Origin: Candidatus Latescibacterota bacterium
GTDB lineage: Bacteria > Latescibacterota > UBA2968
Reading direction: 5' to 3'
NCBI GenBank assembly: GCA_965205975.1
Contig: OZ242195.1
Coordinates: forward strand, 4,128,001 to 4,192,000
DNA: 64,000 nucleotides
Shown here: positions 26,274 through 39,443 of the stretch, in pieces
Layout: each line of letters starts with the position of its first letter
How positions within the stretch are numbered: the first letter of the stretch is position 1
Notes under the pieces: model-generated
What the model saw: the letters and a program-made list of their open reading frames with translations, nothing else
What the model was told of the DNA's origin: nothing
Database searches by the model: none
Translations under genes and position numbers: made by a program

Positions 26274-29200
26274 GCCTTCGAGATCAACAAGCACGCGATA
26301 AAATATCCGAAGCACTGGATCGCAATATGATGGTGCTCGCAGGGGCAGGCGCGGGAAAAACCCATGCGTTGGTACAGCGGATGGCGAACGCAGTGGAAAA
26401 AGGCGTCGTACCCGTAGATCAACTATCCGCCATCACCTTCACGCGCAAAGCAGCGGGTGAAATGCGCGGGCGCTTCTTCAGTGAATTAAAATCGCGCGCC
26501 CAAAAAGCAGATGGTGAAGCATCGAAACGCATTCAAGCCGCACTCGAAAAAGTAGATCAATGCTTTATCGGCACCATACACTCATTCTGCGGCCAGTTAT
26601 TGCGCGAACGCCCCGTTGAAGCGGGCCTGCCACCCGACTTTTCAGAAGTCGAAGAACGCGAAGAAGCCGTCATGCGCCGCGAAGCGTGGGATCAATTTGT
26701 CCAGCAGAGTTTTCTATCCGAAGACCCGCGACTCGATAAATTTGAAGAACTGGGTCTGCGCCCGGAAGACCTGTATGGCTTTTTTCAAAGACGCTACCAG
26801 TTCAGCGATGTACCGCTCGTACGCGAATCTGTACAAAAACCCGATCTATCGACCGCAGTTTCAGAACTTGAAGCCTTTCTACAACACACGGGAGCCTTTA
26901 TCCCCGATCCCCTCCCAGGCAGACGCGATGCCCTCCAGACAGCATTGGTGCGCACGCGATTATTCCTGTCGAACCGGGGAATTCAGTCCGACGCGGATCG
27001 CATCGAGCTCCTGCAAATACTCAGCGGAAACCTCGGTGTCACCCTCAAAAGCTGGACACCCAACCAGGATTTTGCAAAACACTTGCGAGACACCTTATTA
27101 CCCGAATTTCAAACCGAAATACTCAACCCCACCCTCACCCAATGGCGGCAATACATCTACCGATTCGCTGCCCCTTATGTCGATGACGCAGTTGCAGAAT
27201 ACGCCAGAACCCGCCGCGAAACCGGACGCCTCACATTTCAGGACCTGCTCGAACTCGCCGCGCGATTACTGCGCGACCACCCTGAAGTGCGCCGTCACTT
27301 TCAGGAGCGCTATCGCTGCCTATTCGTAGATGAATTTCAAGATACCGATCCCATCCAAGCCGAAATATTGTTGTATTTAACCGGCGAAAATCTGGAAGAG
27401 ACCGATTGGCGCAAACTCACACCCCGCCCGGGCAGCTTATTTTTAGTAGGCGACGGCAAACAATCGATCTATCGCTTTCGCCGCGCGGATGTCGAAACCT
27501 TTGACCTCGTCCGCAACCGCATTGAAAACACCAATGGCGATATCGTCGGCCTGAACACAAACTTTCGCTCACTGGGCCACCTCTGTGATTGGATCAACGC
27601 GGCATTTGAACCCCTATTCGCCGCGCATGAAAAACCCTATCAAGCTGAATTTGCTCCGCTATTCAAATACAGATCCAATGATGAAACAGATGCAGTCCGC
27701 CGAATCTCAATCGACAAAGTCTATCGCAACAGCCGAAGCCAGATCGCGGAGGAAGACGCCAGGCGGATTGCAAACTTCATCGCAGCGGCCATAGAAGGCA
27801 AAACGGAATTTAATGGGGAAGCCGCCAACGCATCGCCGGGCGACTTTCTCATCTTAACGCGCACCTCTGGCTATTTGTCCCATTACGCCCAAGCACTGGA
27901 GGAACGCGGCATACCCTTTGAAATCACGGGAGGCGATCGCCTGGGCGAAGCAGACGTATTGCACACACTCGCGGACTTTTTGGAAACCGTTTATATGCCT
28001 GACAATCCGCTACCGCTACTCGCCTATTTGCGGGGGGATCTCGTCGGCCTGGGAGATGATGCCCTCTATGCCTTCAAAAAATCAGGCGGCGATTTCAACT
28101 GGACACGCGATTTGCCCAAAGGAATGGACCCAGAATTGCGCCAAACATTCGAGCAGGCTTATGACCATCTCAAAAAAGCGTCGGAATGGTTGCAATCTCT
28201 ATCGCCCGATACCGCCATAGCGCGCTGTGTAGAAAGCCTCGGCCTCCTGCCTTTTGTGCGCACTCTGCCCATGGGAGAAACACATGCCGGCAATCTCATC
28301 CGAATCTTATCTCTCGTCCGAGAATGGAGCGCACAGGGAATGCATTGGGGGCAGGTAGTGACCGAACTACGCGCCCTCATTGACGACAGAGACTACAAAA
28401 TTGAACAAATGACCATTCCCTCCGCACAGGAAGACGTCGTGCGATTGATGAACCTGCACCAGGCCAAGGGGTTACAGGGCAAAATCGTCTTCCTCGCCGA
28501 CCCCTATGACACGAGTTACACGCGCTATGGTCCCGAATTTCACGTATCCCGCACCCGCGACGAACCCTTTTTGGCATTGCCCATTACAAAACCCCGCGGA
28601 CCATATCAACGCGAGGTCGTCGCCGAGCCTGTAGGTTGGGAAGACGCCGAAACCGAAGAAACGCGATTTTTGCAAGGCGAAGAACTGCGATTGCTCTACG
28701 TAGCGGCAACGCGCGCAGAAAATTTGCTCATAGTATCCACCTACGAGGAAAAACCCGACCATGGACCGTGGTCGCCGCTCTATCCTCATCTAAAAAACGT
28801 GCCCGAACTGGCGCACGGCACCCCTTCATCACAACCCATCCCAGAAACCCCATCAACCAAAACACCGTCTGTAGAACTGGAACGAAAGCAACGGAATCAA
28901 TTCTGGCAAGCTGTAAAAAAACAATCCTTTGAAATCACACAGGTGACAGATGACCGGGTGGACATCACGTATTCAGACGAGGGAAGATCAGCAACACCAG
29001 CAGGAAAAGGAGCAGCGTATGGCATCGTGATCCACCAGATATTCGACGATGCCATCAACAGGCGATTGCCCGATGATCCAACGCCTTATGTCGCGCATTT
29101 GCTGAATGATGCAGGTTCAGACGCCGGGTTTCTACCGCACGCACTGGACGCCTTGCAGCAATTTCGCAACTCGGAGATATGGGCGGAAATACAGGCTTCA

Positions 29201-29485
29201 GAAACCGTATATACCGAAGTCTCCTTTGCGGTATCGCAAGCGGAGAACAACACCAGCGAAATTATTCGCGGCGTCATCGATCTGGTCTATCGCCTGCCCG
29301 AAGGATGGAAAATCGTCGATTACAAAACCAATGTGGTGAAAACCGATGAAGATGTACAGGCACTGTGTGAGCAAACAGCCGACCAGGTGAACACCTATGC
29401 CAGACACTGGGAGAAATTCACCGGTGAAACAGTTATTGCAAAGGGATTATGGCTCGCGGAAAGACGTGTATTTTTAACCATTTAA
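26270..29485 (+). CDS. addA: ATP-dependent helicase/nuclease AddA-like
   Basis: AGAGAGKT, ITFTRKAA, TIHSFC, VDEFQDTD, VGDGKQSIYRFR, HQAKGLQ, LLYVAATRA, GVIDL..IVDYKT. Confidence 0.9.
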   Translation: MSLRDQQARDKISEALDRNMMVLAGAGAGKTHALVQRMANAVEKGVVPVDQLSAITFTRKAAGEMRGRFFSELKSRAQKADGEASKRIQAALEKVDQCFIGTIHSFCGQLLRERPVEAGLPPDFSEVEEREEAVMRREAWDQFVQQSFLSEDPRLDKFEELGLRPEDLYGFFQRRYQFSDVPLVRESVQKPDLSTAVSELEAFLQHTGAFIPDPLPGRRDALQTALVRTRLFLSNRGIQSDADRIELLQILSGNLGVTLKSWTPNQDFAKHLRDTLLPEFQTEILNPTLTQWRQYIYRFAAPYVDDAVAEYARTRRETGRLTFQDLLELAARLLRDHPEVRRHFQERYRCLFVDEFQDTDPIQAEILLYLTGENLEETDWRKLTPRPGSLFLVGDGKQSIYRFRRADVETFDLVRNRIENTNGDIVGLNTNFRSLGHLCDWINAAFEPLFAAHEKPYQAEFAPLFKYRSNDETDAVRRISIDKVYRNSRSQIAEEDARRIANFIAAAIEGKTEFNGEAANASPGDFLILTRTSGYLSHYAQALEERGIPFEITGGDRLGEADVLHTLADFLETVYMPDNPLPLLAYLRGDLVGLGDDALYAFKKSGGDFNWTRDLPKGMDPELRQTFEQAYDHLKKASEWLQSLSPDTAIARCVESLGLLPFVRTLPMGETHAGNLIRILSLVREWSAQGMHWGQVVTELRALIDDRDYKIEQMTIPSAQEDVVRLMNLHQAKGLQGKIVFLADPYDTSYTRYGPEFHVSRTRDEPFLALPITKPRGPYQREVVAEPVGWEDAETEETRFLQGEELRLLYVAATRAENLLIVSTYEEKPDHGPWSPLYPHLKNVPELAHGTPSSQPIPETPSTKTPSVELERKQRNQFWQAVKKQSFEITQVTDDRVDITYSDEGRSATPAGKGAAYGIVIHQIFDDAINRRLPDDPTPYVAHLLNDAGSDAGFLPHALDALQQFRNSEIWAEIQASETVYTEVSFAVSQAENNTSEIIRGVIDLVYRLPEGWKIVDYKTNVVKTDEDVQALCEQTADQVNTYARHWEKFTGETVIAKGLWLAERRVFLTI

Positions 29486-29547
29486 GTTGCTGTTTTTTTT
29501 TCTGATAATTCTTTGGGACACAGAGGGTTTTATAAGAAAAAGTAAGG

Positions 29548-29576
29548 TTGACAAAACCGTTAAAATTCAGTAAATT
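29548..29576 (+). promoter_or_regulatory. Sigma70 promoter of the dnaN operon
   Basis: TTGACA-N17-TAAATT. Confidence 0.65.
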
Positions 29577-29691
29577 ATGATGTTTGTAATTGAACAAAAA
29601 ATCAGCCATTTTTGAACTTGAAAAAACGCGCTATTCAACACCATAAAAAATCATTTACAAAGAGCTTCACGCGCTTGGGAGAGACGCATTC

Positions 29692-30867
29692 ATGAAAGTA
29701 TCAATAGAAAAAGATGAACTCCTCAAAGGTATCCAGGCTGTGATTGATATTGTGCCCTCTAAAACCGCATTGCCAGTATTGTCCAATATCTTGATAGATG
29801 CAAACAATGGTAGCGATGTGTGTTTGAGTGCCACAGATCTCGATATATCAATAACATGCAAACTTTCAGCCACCATCGAAGACGCCGGGGCAACAACGGT
29901 GCCAGCGCGCAAATTCTCAGAAATTGTGCGCGAGTTGCCCGAAGAATCCCTATCCCTCACCGCTGAAGAAGGTCGTGTAACGCTTCAGCGCCAAAGTGGT
30001 GCCGAAGGAACTTATGCCTTGATGTCGGTGCCAGCCGACGACTTTCCCGAACTGCCTGAGGAGATTGACGGTCCCGAGATCGCGTTTCTATCCGATGAAG
30101 ATGAGGAGTCTCAGGACTCTTCGGCCGATAGCGATGTTCTCAGCGAGATGATCTCTAAGACGATCTTTGCCGTATCTCGCGATGAAACTCGCCCGATACT
30201 CACAGGAGTGCTCTGGCAGGTTGGCAATGGACGCATGACCATGGTGGCAACAGATGGTCACCGCCTGGTCAAATATTCGCGGATTCAGGATGGATTACCC
30301 GAAGAAAATAAAGAGGCGATTGTTCCCCCTCGCGCTTTGAATCATGTGGTTAAACTCATGGGGGGGGGGATAGATCTTCAAAAAGTCCAACTCGGGCAAA
30401 GCCATGTGCTCTTTTCACTGGGCGACGAAGACGCCATCCAGATTTTCTCTCGACTAATTGAAGGTCCTTATGTCGATTACGAACAAGTGATTCCCCAAAA
30501 CAACGGCAAGCGCCTTCGCGTTTCGAACAGCCAATTGCTACCTGCTGTGCGACGCGTATCCATTCTGGCAAGTGCCCAAACCCATCAATTGCGGCTCGAA
30601 CTCCAAAAGAACGAACTCGCATTGTCGGCTACCAGCCAGGAAATAGGAGGCGAAGCGCGCGAATCTATGGGCGTTGAATACGATGAAGATGAAATGACCA
30701 TTGGATATAATTCCGGCTATCTACAAGACGTGCTCCGGCGCATCAATTGTGACGAAATCCTCTTTGAACTCGACAGCGCTGTTGCCGCGGGAATCATCAG
30801 ACCTGGAGAACAACTCGAAGGCGAAGACTATCTTTGTCTCCTTATGCCCTTGCGGCTCAATGAATGA
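29692..30867 (+). CDS. dnaN: DNA polymerase III beta clamp
   Basis: LPVLSNILI, ATDLD, ETRPILTGV, VATDGHRL, SRLIEGPY, LLMPLRL; contains an acidic linker insertion. Confidence 0.97.
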   Translation: MKVSIEKDELLKGIQAVIDIVPSKTALPVLSNILIDANNGSDVCLSATDLDISITCKLSATIEDAGATTVPARKFSEIVRELPEESLSLTAEEGRVTLQRQSGAEGTYALMSVPADDFPELPEEIDGPEIAFLSDEDEESQDSSADSDVLSEMISKTIFAVSRDETRPILTGVLWQVGNGRMTMVATDGHRLVKYSRIQDGLPEENKEAIVPPRALNHVVKLMGGGIDLQKVQLGQSHVLFSLGDEDAIQIFSRLIEGPYVDYEQVIPQNNGKRLRVSNSQLLPAVRRVSILASAQTHQLRLELQKNELALSATSQEIGGEARESMGVEYDEDEMTIGYNSGYLQDVLRRINCDEILFELDSAVAAGIIRPGEQLEGEDYLCLLMPLRLNE

Positions 30868-31952
30868 TGTATGTCTCCTCTCTTAAACTCACCAATTTTC
30901 GAAACTTTGAGCATGCTGAATTTACATTTGATCAGGCAAAAACGGCAATTTGGGCAGATAATGCCCGCGGGAAATCAAATGTTTTAGAAGCGTTGTATTT
31001 TTTGGCACTGGCAAAATCGGGTCGCGGTGCCAGAGATCGGGACGTGCTCAGGTGGGGTGCTAACTATTTCGTGATCGACGCCCAGATAGAGCGCGAAGAT
31101 CGTTCCTTTCCCATTCGCATTGCCTACGATCCCCTCGTCGGCAAGAAACAAGCCTCTCTTGCAGAGACATCTCTTCCCCGCCTTTCAGACCTTATTGGCG
31201 CATTCAACGCTGTTTTATTTTCCCCCGAAGATGTAGATCTCGTATTGCGGGAACCGGCTCAGCGCCGCCGTATTTTAGATATTCTCGTTTCGCAATCAAA
31301 CGCATCCTATTTGGCTGATCTGGAAGGGTATCAGCGCGTTTTGGCGCAGCGCAATCGGTTGTTAAAAGACCGCCGTTCAGCATTATTATCACATCCCGAA
31401 CAAGTTGAACCTTGGAATGAGCAATTGTCCAATTTGGGTGCTCGCATTATATCTCGCCGTCTCGAAGCACTGAATGATATACAACATCTTCTGTTGGAAT
31501 ACTATCGGGCTATCGCGCCCACACCCGAAAAAATGAAAGCGAGTTATCGCAGTCCCATATCCATGGAAACGCGCGACCAGGGCAGGGAAATACTCTTCGA
31601 AGCACTGACGACCCGATTGCCACAAGAAGTCGAATTGCGATATACACTTACGGGACCACACCGCGACAATTTGATTTTTACACTCGATGACAAAGCTGTA
31701 CATCAATTCGCGTCCCAGGGCCAACTCAAAACCGTTCTCCTTTCCTGGAAACTGGCCGAAGCAACATTTTTAGAGCAACAAACCGGGTGGCGCCCTGTTT
31801 TGCTGATGGACGATGTGTTTTCAGAACTCGATCCCAATCGGGCAAAAGCCGTATTGAACCTGATCCCCGATTTTGGGCAGGTGGTCGTAACCTCAGCACG
31901 CGATCCGGATTTGGATTTTGAAGCCCAGGGGTTTCGGCTGTTGAAATTGTGA
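30864..31952 (+). CDS. recF: DNA replication/repair protein RecF
   Basis: NFRN, NARGKSNVLEA, GPHRD, SQGQ, LLMDDVFSELD. Confidence 0.96.
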   Translation: MMYVSSLKLTNFRNFEHAEFTFDQAKTAIWADNARGKSNVLEALYFLALAKSGRGARDRDVLRWGANYFVIDAQIEREDRSFPIRIAYDPLVGKKQASLAETSLPRLSDLIGAFNAVLFSPEDVDLVLREPAQRRRILDILVSQSNASYLADLEGYQRVLAQRNRLLKDRRSALLSHPEQVEPWNEQLSNLGARIISRRLEALNDIQHLLLEYYRAIAPTPEKMKASYRSPISMETRDQGREILFEALTTRLPQEVELRYTLTGPHRDNLIFTLDDKAVHQFASQGQLKTVLLSWKLAEATFLEQQTGWRPVLLMDDVFSELDPNRAKAVLNLIPDFGQVVVTSARDPDLDFEAQGFRLLKL

Positions 31953-32302
31953 ATAACGTTATGGATGCCGAGATTGATAGACGCAAGAGTGGTGTTTACA
32001 AGTATCGGGCTGGTGGGACATCCGAGCCGGTTTCCGCAGGTGATGCCATTCGCCAGTTGGCGGATAACCTGGGAATTGCGGAAAAATTGAGAGAACAGCG
32101 CGTGTTGTCACTCTGGGAAGAAATTGTGGGTGAAGATATAGCTGCTGTAACGCAAGCTGAAGGCTTTCGGGGGGGGCAATTAACGGTCTCAGTACAAAAC
32201 CCCACCTGGCGGCACTGGTTGATCTTTCAACGCGAGAATATACGTCAAAATTTGAACCGCGAGGTTGGCGGTGAGGTTGTAAAAATAATCAGATTACAAT
32301 AG
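31949..32302 (+). CDS. DUF721 / DciA family protein
   Basis: WEEIVGEDIA..GQLTVSV..W; canonical position between recF and gyrB. Confidence 0.85.
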   Translation: MNNVMDAEIDRRKSGVYKYRAGGTSEPVSAGDAIRQLADNLGIAEKLREQRVLSLWEEIVGEDIAAVTQAEGFRGGQLTVSVQNPTWRHWLIFQRENIRQNLNREVGGEVVKIIRLQ

Positions 32303-34267
<1,965 letters not shown>

Positions 34268-34312
34268 AAACTGGCGACTGGCGACAGATAACACCAAGGA
34301 GACGATAAGACA

Positions 34313-36886
34313 ATGTTGATAGAACGATCGCGAGTGATCCCTGTTGAAATTGGTGATGAGTTGAAAAAGTCCATGCTCGATTATTCGATGAGCACGCTGG
34401 TCAATCGCGCATTGCCGGATGTGCGCGATGGGATGAAGCCATCGCAAAGACGCATTTTGGTGGCGATGAATGACCTCGGCCTGGGCGCAAACCGTCAGCA
34501 TCGAAAATGCGCTCATATTGCCGGTCATGCCTCGGGCAATTATCATCCGCACGGTGAAGACATTGTCTATCCAACGCTGGTGCATCTGGCGCAGGATTTT
34601 AAGTTGCGTTATCCACTCGTAGATGGACAGGGTAATTTTGGCTCCATCGACGGGTATCCACCCGCTGCAATGCGCTACACAGAAGCGCGTATGGCCGGAC
34701 CGGGGCAGGAGATGTTGAACGACCTCGAGAAAGAGACTGTTGATTATCGCCCCAACTACGACGAGCGCCTGGAAGAACCCAAAGTATTGCCTTCTGCGTT
34801 TCCAAACATGGTCTGCAACGGTGCTGTAGGCATTGCCACGACAATGGCGACGGCAATCCCACCGCACAATTTGCAGGAGGTCGCCGATGGCCTTGTCGCA
34901 TTGATCGATAATCCCGAATTGGATATTGTTGAGTTGATGGAATATATCAAAGCACCCGACTTTCCAACCGGTGGCATCATTTATGGTATAGGTGGCGTTT
35001 TAGACGCCTATCAGACGGGACGCGGACATCTGCGGATCCGGGCAAAAGCCGATATAGAAGAAGACAAAACCGGTCGAGAAACCATTATCATCACAGAAAT
35101 CCCCTATATGGTGAACAAGACAACGCTATTGGAAAAAATGGCGGATCTGGTGCGCGAAAAACGCATTGAAGGGATTTCAAATATTCAGGATGAATCCGAC
35201 CGCGATGGGCTGCGCATCGTGGTGGAACTCAAACGCGATGTAGTCGGGGATGTGATCCTGAATCAGCTCTACAAAAACACCCAATTGGAAACGACATTTG
35301 CGGCCAATATGGTTGCACTGGTCAACGGCCGGCCACAACAAGTGACCTTGAAGCACATGTTACAGTGCTATATCGACCACCGCCACGATGTCGTAAAGCG
35401 ACGCACAGAATACGAACTGCGAGTAGCTGAAGATCGCGCACATATCCTGGAAGGATTGATAATCGCGCAGGACAATATTGACGAAGTAATCCGCATTATC
35501 CGCGGGTCAGCAGATCCCAATGAAGCGCGGCGTGCGTTGACGGCACAACTCGAATTATCTGAACGCCAGACACAGGCCATTCTGTCCATGACATTGCAGC
35601 GATTGACCAACATGGAGCAACAAAAGATAGAAGATGAATACTCCGACCTGACGCAAGAGATTGAACGCTTGCGCTCTATTCTGGACAACCGCGAATCGCG
35701 CATGCAAATTGTCAAAGACGAATTGGATGTGATGCGCGAAAAGTACGGCGACGAGCGGCGGTCAGAAATCGTGTTCTCGGCTTCTGAGTTCAGTATTGAA
35801 GATTTGATCCACGAAGAAGATATGGTCATTACAATTTCTCACAACGGGTATATCAAACGCATTCCCGTATCCACCTATCGCGCACAAAACCGCGGCGGTC
35901 GCGGAATCACGGGGATGAGAACAAAAGATGAAGATTTTGTAGAAAGCTTGTTCGTGGCTTCCACGCACAGTTATATCCTCGTATTGACAGACCGCGGGCA
36001 CTGTGTGTGGTTAAAAGTCCATGAAATTCCACGGGGTACGCGTCAAGCGCGCGGTCGGCCCATTGTCAATGTGGTAGATATTCCCTTTGGGCATAAAGTC
36101 GCCGAGGTCGTGCCAGTGCGCGAATTTGATGAAGACCGCTATCTGCTGTCTATAACCCAAAAGGGGCTAACAAAAAAGACCGCGCTATCGGCTTATAGTC
36201 GCCCGCGCAAGGGTGGCATTATTGCGATGAATGTGCGGGAAGACGATCAGCTAATCAAAGCCGCGGTTACAGGGGGTAACGACCGGGTGATCATTGCCAC
36301 AAAGCACGGACAAGCTGTGTACTTTGACGAAAACAAGGTGCGGGCTATGGGGCGCAACTCACAGGGAGTGCGCGGCGTGTCTTTGCAAGGGGATGATGTG
36401 GTGGTGGGCATGGTGGTCATTAATCCTGAAAATGTCGAGCAGTCTCATTTATTGACCGTCTGTGCCAATGGATATGGCAAGCGCTCGCCGATTTCGGAGT
36501 ATCGCCTGACAAACCGGGGTGGTAAAGGCGTGATCAACATCAAGACCACAGATCGCAATGGTCCCGTGGTATCGGTGATGGGTGTGACGGAAGACAGCCG
36601 CGACGATATGGTGATTGTGACACAAAATGGCATCTTGATCCGACAAAAAGTAGCGGACGTGAGCGTGATAGGGCGCAATACGCAGGGCGTGCGTCTGATC
36701 AACCCGGATGACGGCGACCGGGTAATCGATGTGGCACAGGTCAGCCAGGATGAGGAAGAAGGCGAAACCGCCATGGACGCGACATCTGAAGAAGTAAGTG
36801 AAAGTGAAGATGAGAACACTGCTGAGGAAAACGGAACGATGAAGACGTTATGGCGCGAGGTGCAAAAGCGAACGGGATGGAAGTAA
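34313..36886 (+). CDS. gyrA: DNA gyrase subunit A
   Basis: RALPDVRDG, YHPHG, AAMRYTE catalytic Tyr, GyrA-box QNRGGRG, C-terminal pinwheel repeats. Confidence 0.98.
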   Translation: MLIERSRVIPVEIGDELKKSMLDYSMSTLVNRALPDVRDGMKPSQRRILVAMNDLGLGANRQHRKCAHIAGHASGNYHPHGEDIVYPTLVHLAQDFKLRYPLVDGQGNFGSIDGYPPAAMRYTEARMAGPGQEMLNDLEKETVDYRPNYDERLEEPKVLPSAFPNMVCNGAVGIATTMATAIPPHNLQEVADGLVALIDNPELDIVELMEYIKAPDFPTGGIIYGIGGVLDAYQTGRGHLRIRAKADIEEDKTGRETIIITEIPYMVNKTTLLEKMADLVREKRIEGISNIQDESDRDGLRIVVELKRDVVGDVILNQLYKNTQLETTFAANMVALVNGRPQQVTLKHMLQCYIDHRHDVVKRRTEYELRVAEDRAHILEGLIIAQDNIDEVIRIIRGSADPNEARRALTAQLELSERQTQAILSMTLQRLTNMEQQKIEDEYSDLTQEIERLRSILDNRESRMQIVKDELDVMREKYGDERRSEIVFSASEFSIEDLIHEEDMVITISHNGYIKRIPVSTYRAQNRGGRGITGMRTKDEDFVESLFVASTHSYILVLTDRGHCVWLKVHEIPRGTRQARGRPIVNVVDIPFGHKVAEVVPVREFDEDRYLLSITQKGLTKKTALSAYSRPRKGGIIAMNVREDDQLIKAAVTGGNDRVIIATKHGQAVYFDENKVRAMGRNSQGVRGVSLQGDDVVVGMVVINPENVEQSHLLTVCANGYGKRSPISEYRLTNRGGKGVINIKTTDRNGPVVSVMGVTEDSRDDMVIVTQNGILIRQKVADVSVIGRNTQGVRLINPDDGDRVIDVAQVSQDEEEGETAMDATSEEVSESEDENTAEENGTMKTLWREVQKRTGWK

Positions 36887-36913
36887 ACAACACACTTTTG
36901 AACTGAAATACGC

Positions 36914-36944
36914 AGCGGCAGAGAGTTTTTTCTGCCGCTTTTTT
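36914..36944 (+). terminator. Rho-independent terminator after gyrA
   Basis: agcggcaga-loop-tctgccgct followed by a T run. Confidence 0.8.
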
Positions 36945-36958
36945 GTTTTTTCATCCTC

Positions 36959-38254
36959 TTATGGATGCAAAATGCGAATGCTCTGCGGTTTTTCTGTCAC
37001 AGCGGGCAAATTCCCGATGCGCGTGATGGCACGTTGCATTGCGGATTCGGGAGCATCGTGCGTGATCATGATCAGAGGAACTGTGCCACCTTCTGTTTCC
37101 GAGCGCCCGTGCTGAATAACGGTTTCTATGCTAATATTCTCACCGGCAAAGAGTGCTGCAACCTGCGCCAGAACCCCGGGTTTGTCGTAAACGGTAAGCC
37201 TACAATAGCTGCCGGTCTGAATATCGCCGATGGGAACGCGGTCGGCCTCGGGCAGCGGAGCAAGTGGTGCTCCCGCAGGACCAAGACCGGCTTTGCGCCG
37301 CTCGGCAATGGCGACGAGATCGGCAATCACCGCGCTGGCTGTGGGCAATTCGCCGGCACCTTTGCCGTAAAAGACCTGAGCGTCAACCGCACTGCCGACA
37401 ATTTCCACAGCGTTAAATTCATTGCGTATATCGGCCAGGAGTGCATCGTGAGGCACAAAGGCGGGATGCACGCGCGCTTCAATGCGACTGCCCACCACGC
37501 TGGCTATGCCGAGCAATTTGATGGTATAGCCAAGTTCGCGGGCAAAATCGATATCTAATGCGGTAATATGAGAGATGCCCTCTTTGAGAATATCGCCGGA
37601 CGAGACGCGCTGGCGAAACGCAAGGCGACAGAGAAGCGCGAGCTTTTGAGCCGCATCCGTGCCGTCGATATCCATAGTGGGATCGGCTTCTGCAAACCCT
37701 TTGTCCTGTGCTTCTTTCAGCATGGGATCAAAATCCTCTCCGGCTTCTGTCATGCGGGTGAGGATGTAGTTGGTCGTGCCGTTGAGGATACCGTAGAGCG
37801 ATTGAATATTGTTGGCCACCAGACCCTGGCTGAGTGTTTGGATAATGGGAATGCCGCCACAGACGCTGGCCTCAAAGCCGAGTCCAACATTGTTTTGAAC
37901 CGCTGCCTCAAAGAGGCTGTCGCCGCGTTCGGCAAGAAGGGCTTTGTTCGCCGTAACCACATCTTTGCCATTTTGAAGCGCCGCGAGAACGAGATCATAA
38001 GCCGCATCAACACCGCCCATCACCTCGACCACAATCTGGATTGCAGGGTCGGCGACCACATCCATGGGATTGGTCGTAAAACGGTCAGAAGGCAAGTCAA
38101 TTGCGCGAGGTTTGGACAGATCGCGCACAGCGATTTTGCGAATGTCGAGGTCAAGACCCCGAACGTGTTTAAATTCATGGTCGCGATCACGCAAAATACG
38201 TGCCACGCCGCCACCGACAACACCCATGCCAATCAAGCCGATACCAATTGCCAC
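36959..38254 (-). CDS. hom: Homoserine dehydrogenase with ACT domain
   Basis: GMGVVGGG, VVTANKA, FEASVCGGIP, GILNGTTNYIL, AEADP, GKGAG..PTASAV, DKPGVLA. Confidence 0.96.
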   Translation of the reverse strand: MAIGIGLIGMGVVGGGVARILRDRDHEFKHVRGLDLDIRKIAVRDLSKPRAIDLPSDRFTTNPMDVVADPAIQIVVEVMGGVDAAYDLVLAALQNGKDVVTANKALLAERGDSLFEAAVQNNVGLGFEASVCGGIPIIQTLSQGLVANNIQSLYGILNGTTNYILTRMTEAGEDFDPMLKEAQDKGFAEADPTMDIDGTDAAQKLALLCRLAFRQRVSSGDILKEGISHITALDIDFARELGYTIKLLGIASVVGSRIEARVHPAFVPHDALLADIRNEFNAVEIVGSAVDAQVFYGKGAGELPTASAVIADLVAIAERRKAGLGPAGAPLAPLPEADRVPIGDIQTGSYCRLTVYDKPGVLAQVAALFAGENISIETVIQHGRSETEGGTVPLIMITHDAPESAMQRAITRIGNLPAVTEKPQSIRILHP

Positions 38255-38360
38255 TTTTGCCTCATAAAGTTAGAGATGAAAATTTTTGCGTTTTTCTTTA
38301 TACTGTCAAACTCTTAAAGTGTATCCTAACGTCTTTCTCTTGTCAAGAAAAGGATTCGAT

Positions 38361-39443
38361 ATGGGTGATCTGCCAAAAACAATGCCCGTAGTAATGTGCC
38401 GCGCGCCCGAAGATTATCGCCTGGAAGAATACGCAGTACCCCAGATAGAGGCGGGAGAGGTTCTACTTCGCGTGCAATCGGTCGGTATATGTGCAAGCGA
38501 TTTAAAGTGCTATTTGGGAGCACCCATGTTTTGGGGCGATTCCCACCGCGAGGGCTATTGCCAGGCACCGATTATTCCCGGGCACGAATTTGTGGGAGAG
38601 GTCGTAGCACTCGGTGACGGAGCTGGTAACAAATATGGATTGGCGATTGGCGACCTCGCCGTATCGGAGCAAATCGTGCCGTGCGGCGCGTGTCGTTATT
38701 GCTTGCGCGGGCAATACTGGATGTGCATGGTACACGATATTTACGGCTTTCGCCAGGCGACCTTTGGCGCAATGGCCGAATATTGCAGGTTGCCTGCTAA
38801 AGCCCTGAATTATCGCGTGCCAAAATCCATACCCGCCGCGCATGCAGCGTATGTAGAACCCCTCGCCTGTGCGATTCACGCGGTCGAACGCGGCAATATC
38901 CAGTTAAATGACACAGTCGTCATTGCCGGCGCGGGACCACTGGGCCTGGGTATGGTCGCTGCTGCGCGAATGAAGAATCCCGCTTTGCTGATTGCGTTAG
39001 ACCTGAGTGATAGACGTCTAAAAATAGCCAGAGCGTGTGGGGCGGATCTGGGGCTGAATCCAAATTCGGTGGATGTGGTTGACGAAGTCCATAAATTGAC
39101 AGAAGGTTATGGTTGCGATGTGTATATCGAGGCGACCGGGCATCCCGCGGCAGTGGAACAGGGACTGCTCATGATTTGCAAACTCGGCACATTTGTCGAA
39201 TTCAGCGTGATGCGCGAACCCGTGACAACGGACTGGACGATTATTGGCGACACAAAAGAACTCAATATTCACGGCGCTCATTTAAGTCCCCATTCCTATC
39301 CCATTGCCATTCGAATGCTCGAACAGGGTCTCCTCCCAATGGACCAGATCGTAACCCATCAATTGCCACTTGAGGATTTTCACAAGGGCATGGACCTCGT
39401 CGCAGACGGAACGCAGTCCGTAAAGGTGACATTGAGACCGTAA
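38361..39443 (+). CDS. Zn-dependent polyol dehydrogenase (erythritol/L-threitol dehydrogenase-like)
   Basis: GICASD, PGHEFVG, CGACRYC..C, GAGPLG. Confidence 0.88.
   Translation: MGDLPKTMPVVMCRAPEDYRLEEYAVPQIEAGEVLLRVQSVGICASDLKCYLGAPMFWGDSHREGYCQAPIIPGHEFVGEVVALGDGAGNKYGLAIGDLAVSEQIVPCGACRYCLRGQYWMCMVHDIYGFRQATFGAMAEYCRLPAKALNYRVPKSIPAAHAAYVEPLACAIHAVERGNIQLNDTVVIAGAGPLGLGMVAAARMKNPALLIALDLSDRRLKIARACGADLGLNPNSVDVVDEVHKLTEGYGCDVYIEATGHPAAVEQGLLMICKLGTFVEFSVMREPVTTDWTIIGDTKELNIHGAHLSPHSYPIAIRMLEQGLLPMDQIVTHQLPLEDFHKGMDLVADGTQSVKVTLRP

Noticed and set aside
36965..38317. Long plus-strand ORFs (197 and 249 aa) opposite hom
   Set aside because: Antisense shadows of a well-supported gene, with no motifs or RBS. 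The same applies to the many shadow ORFs over the sulfatases, ALS, ABC permease, addAB and gyrAB.
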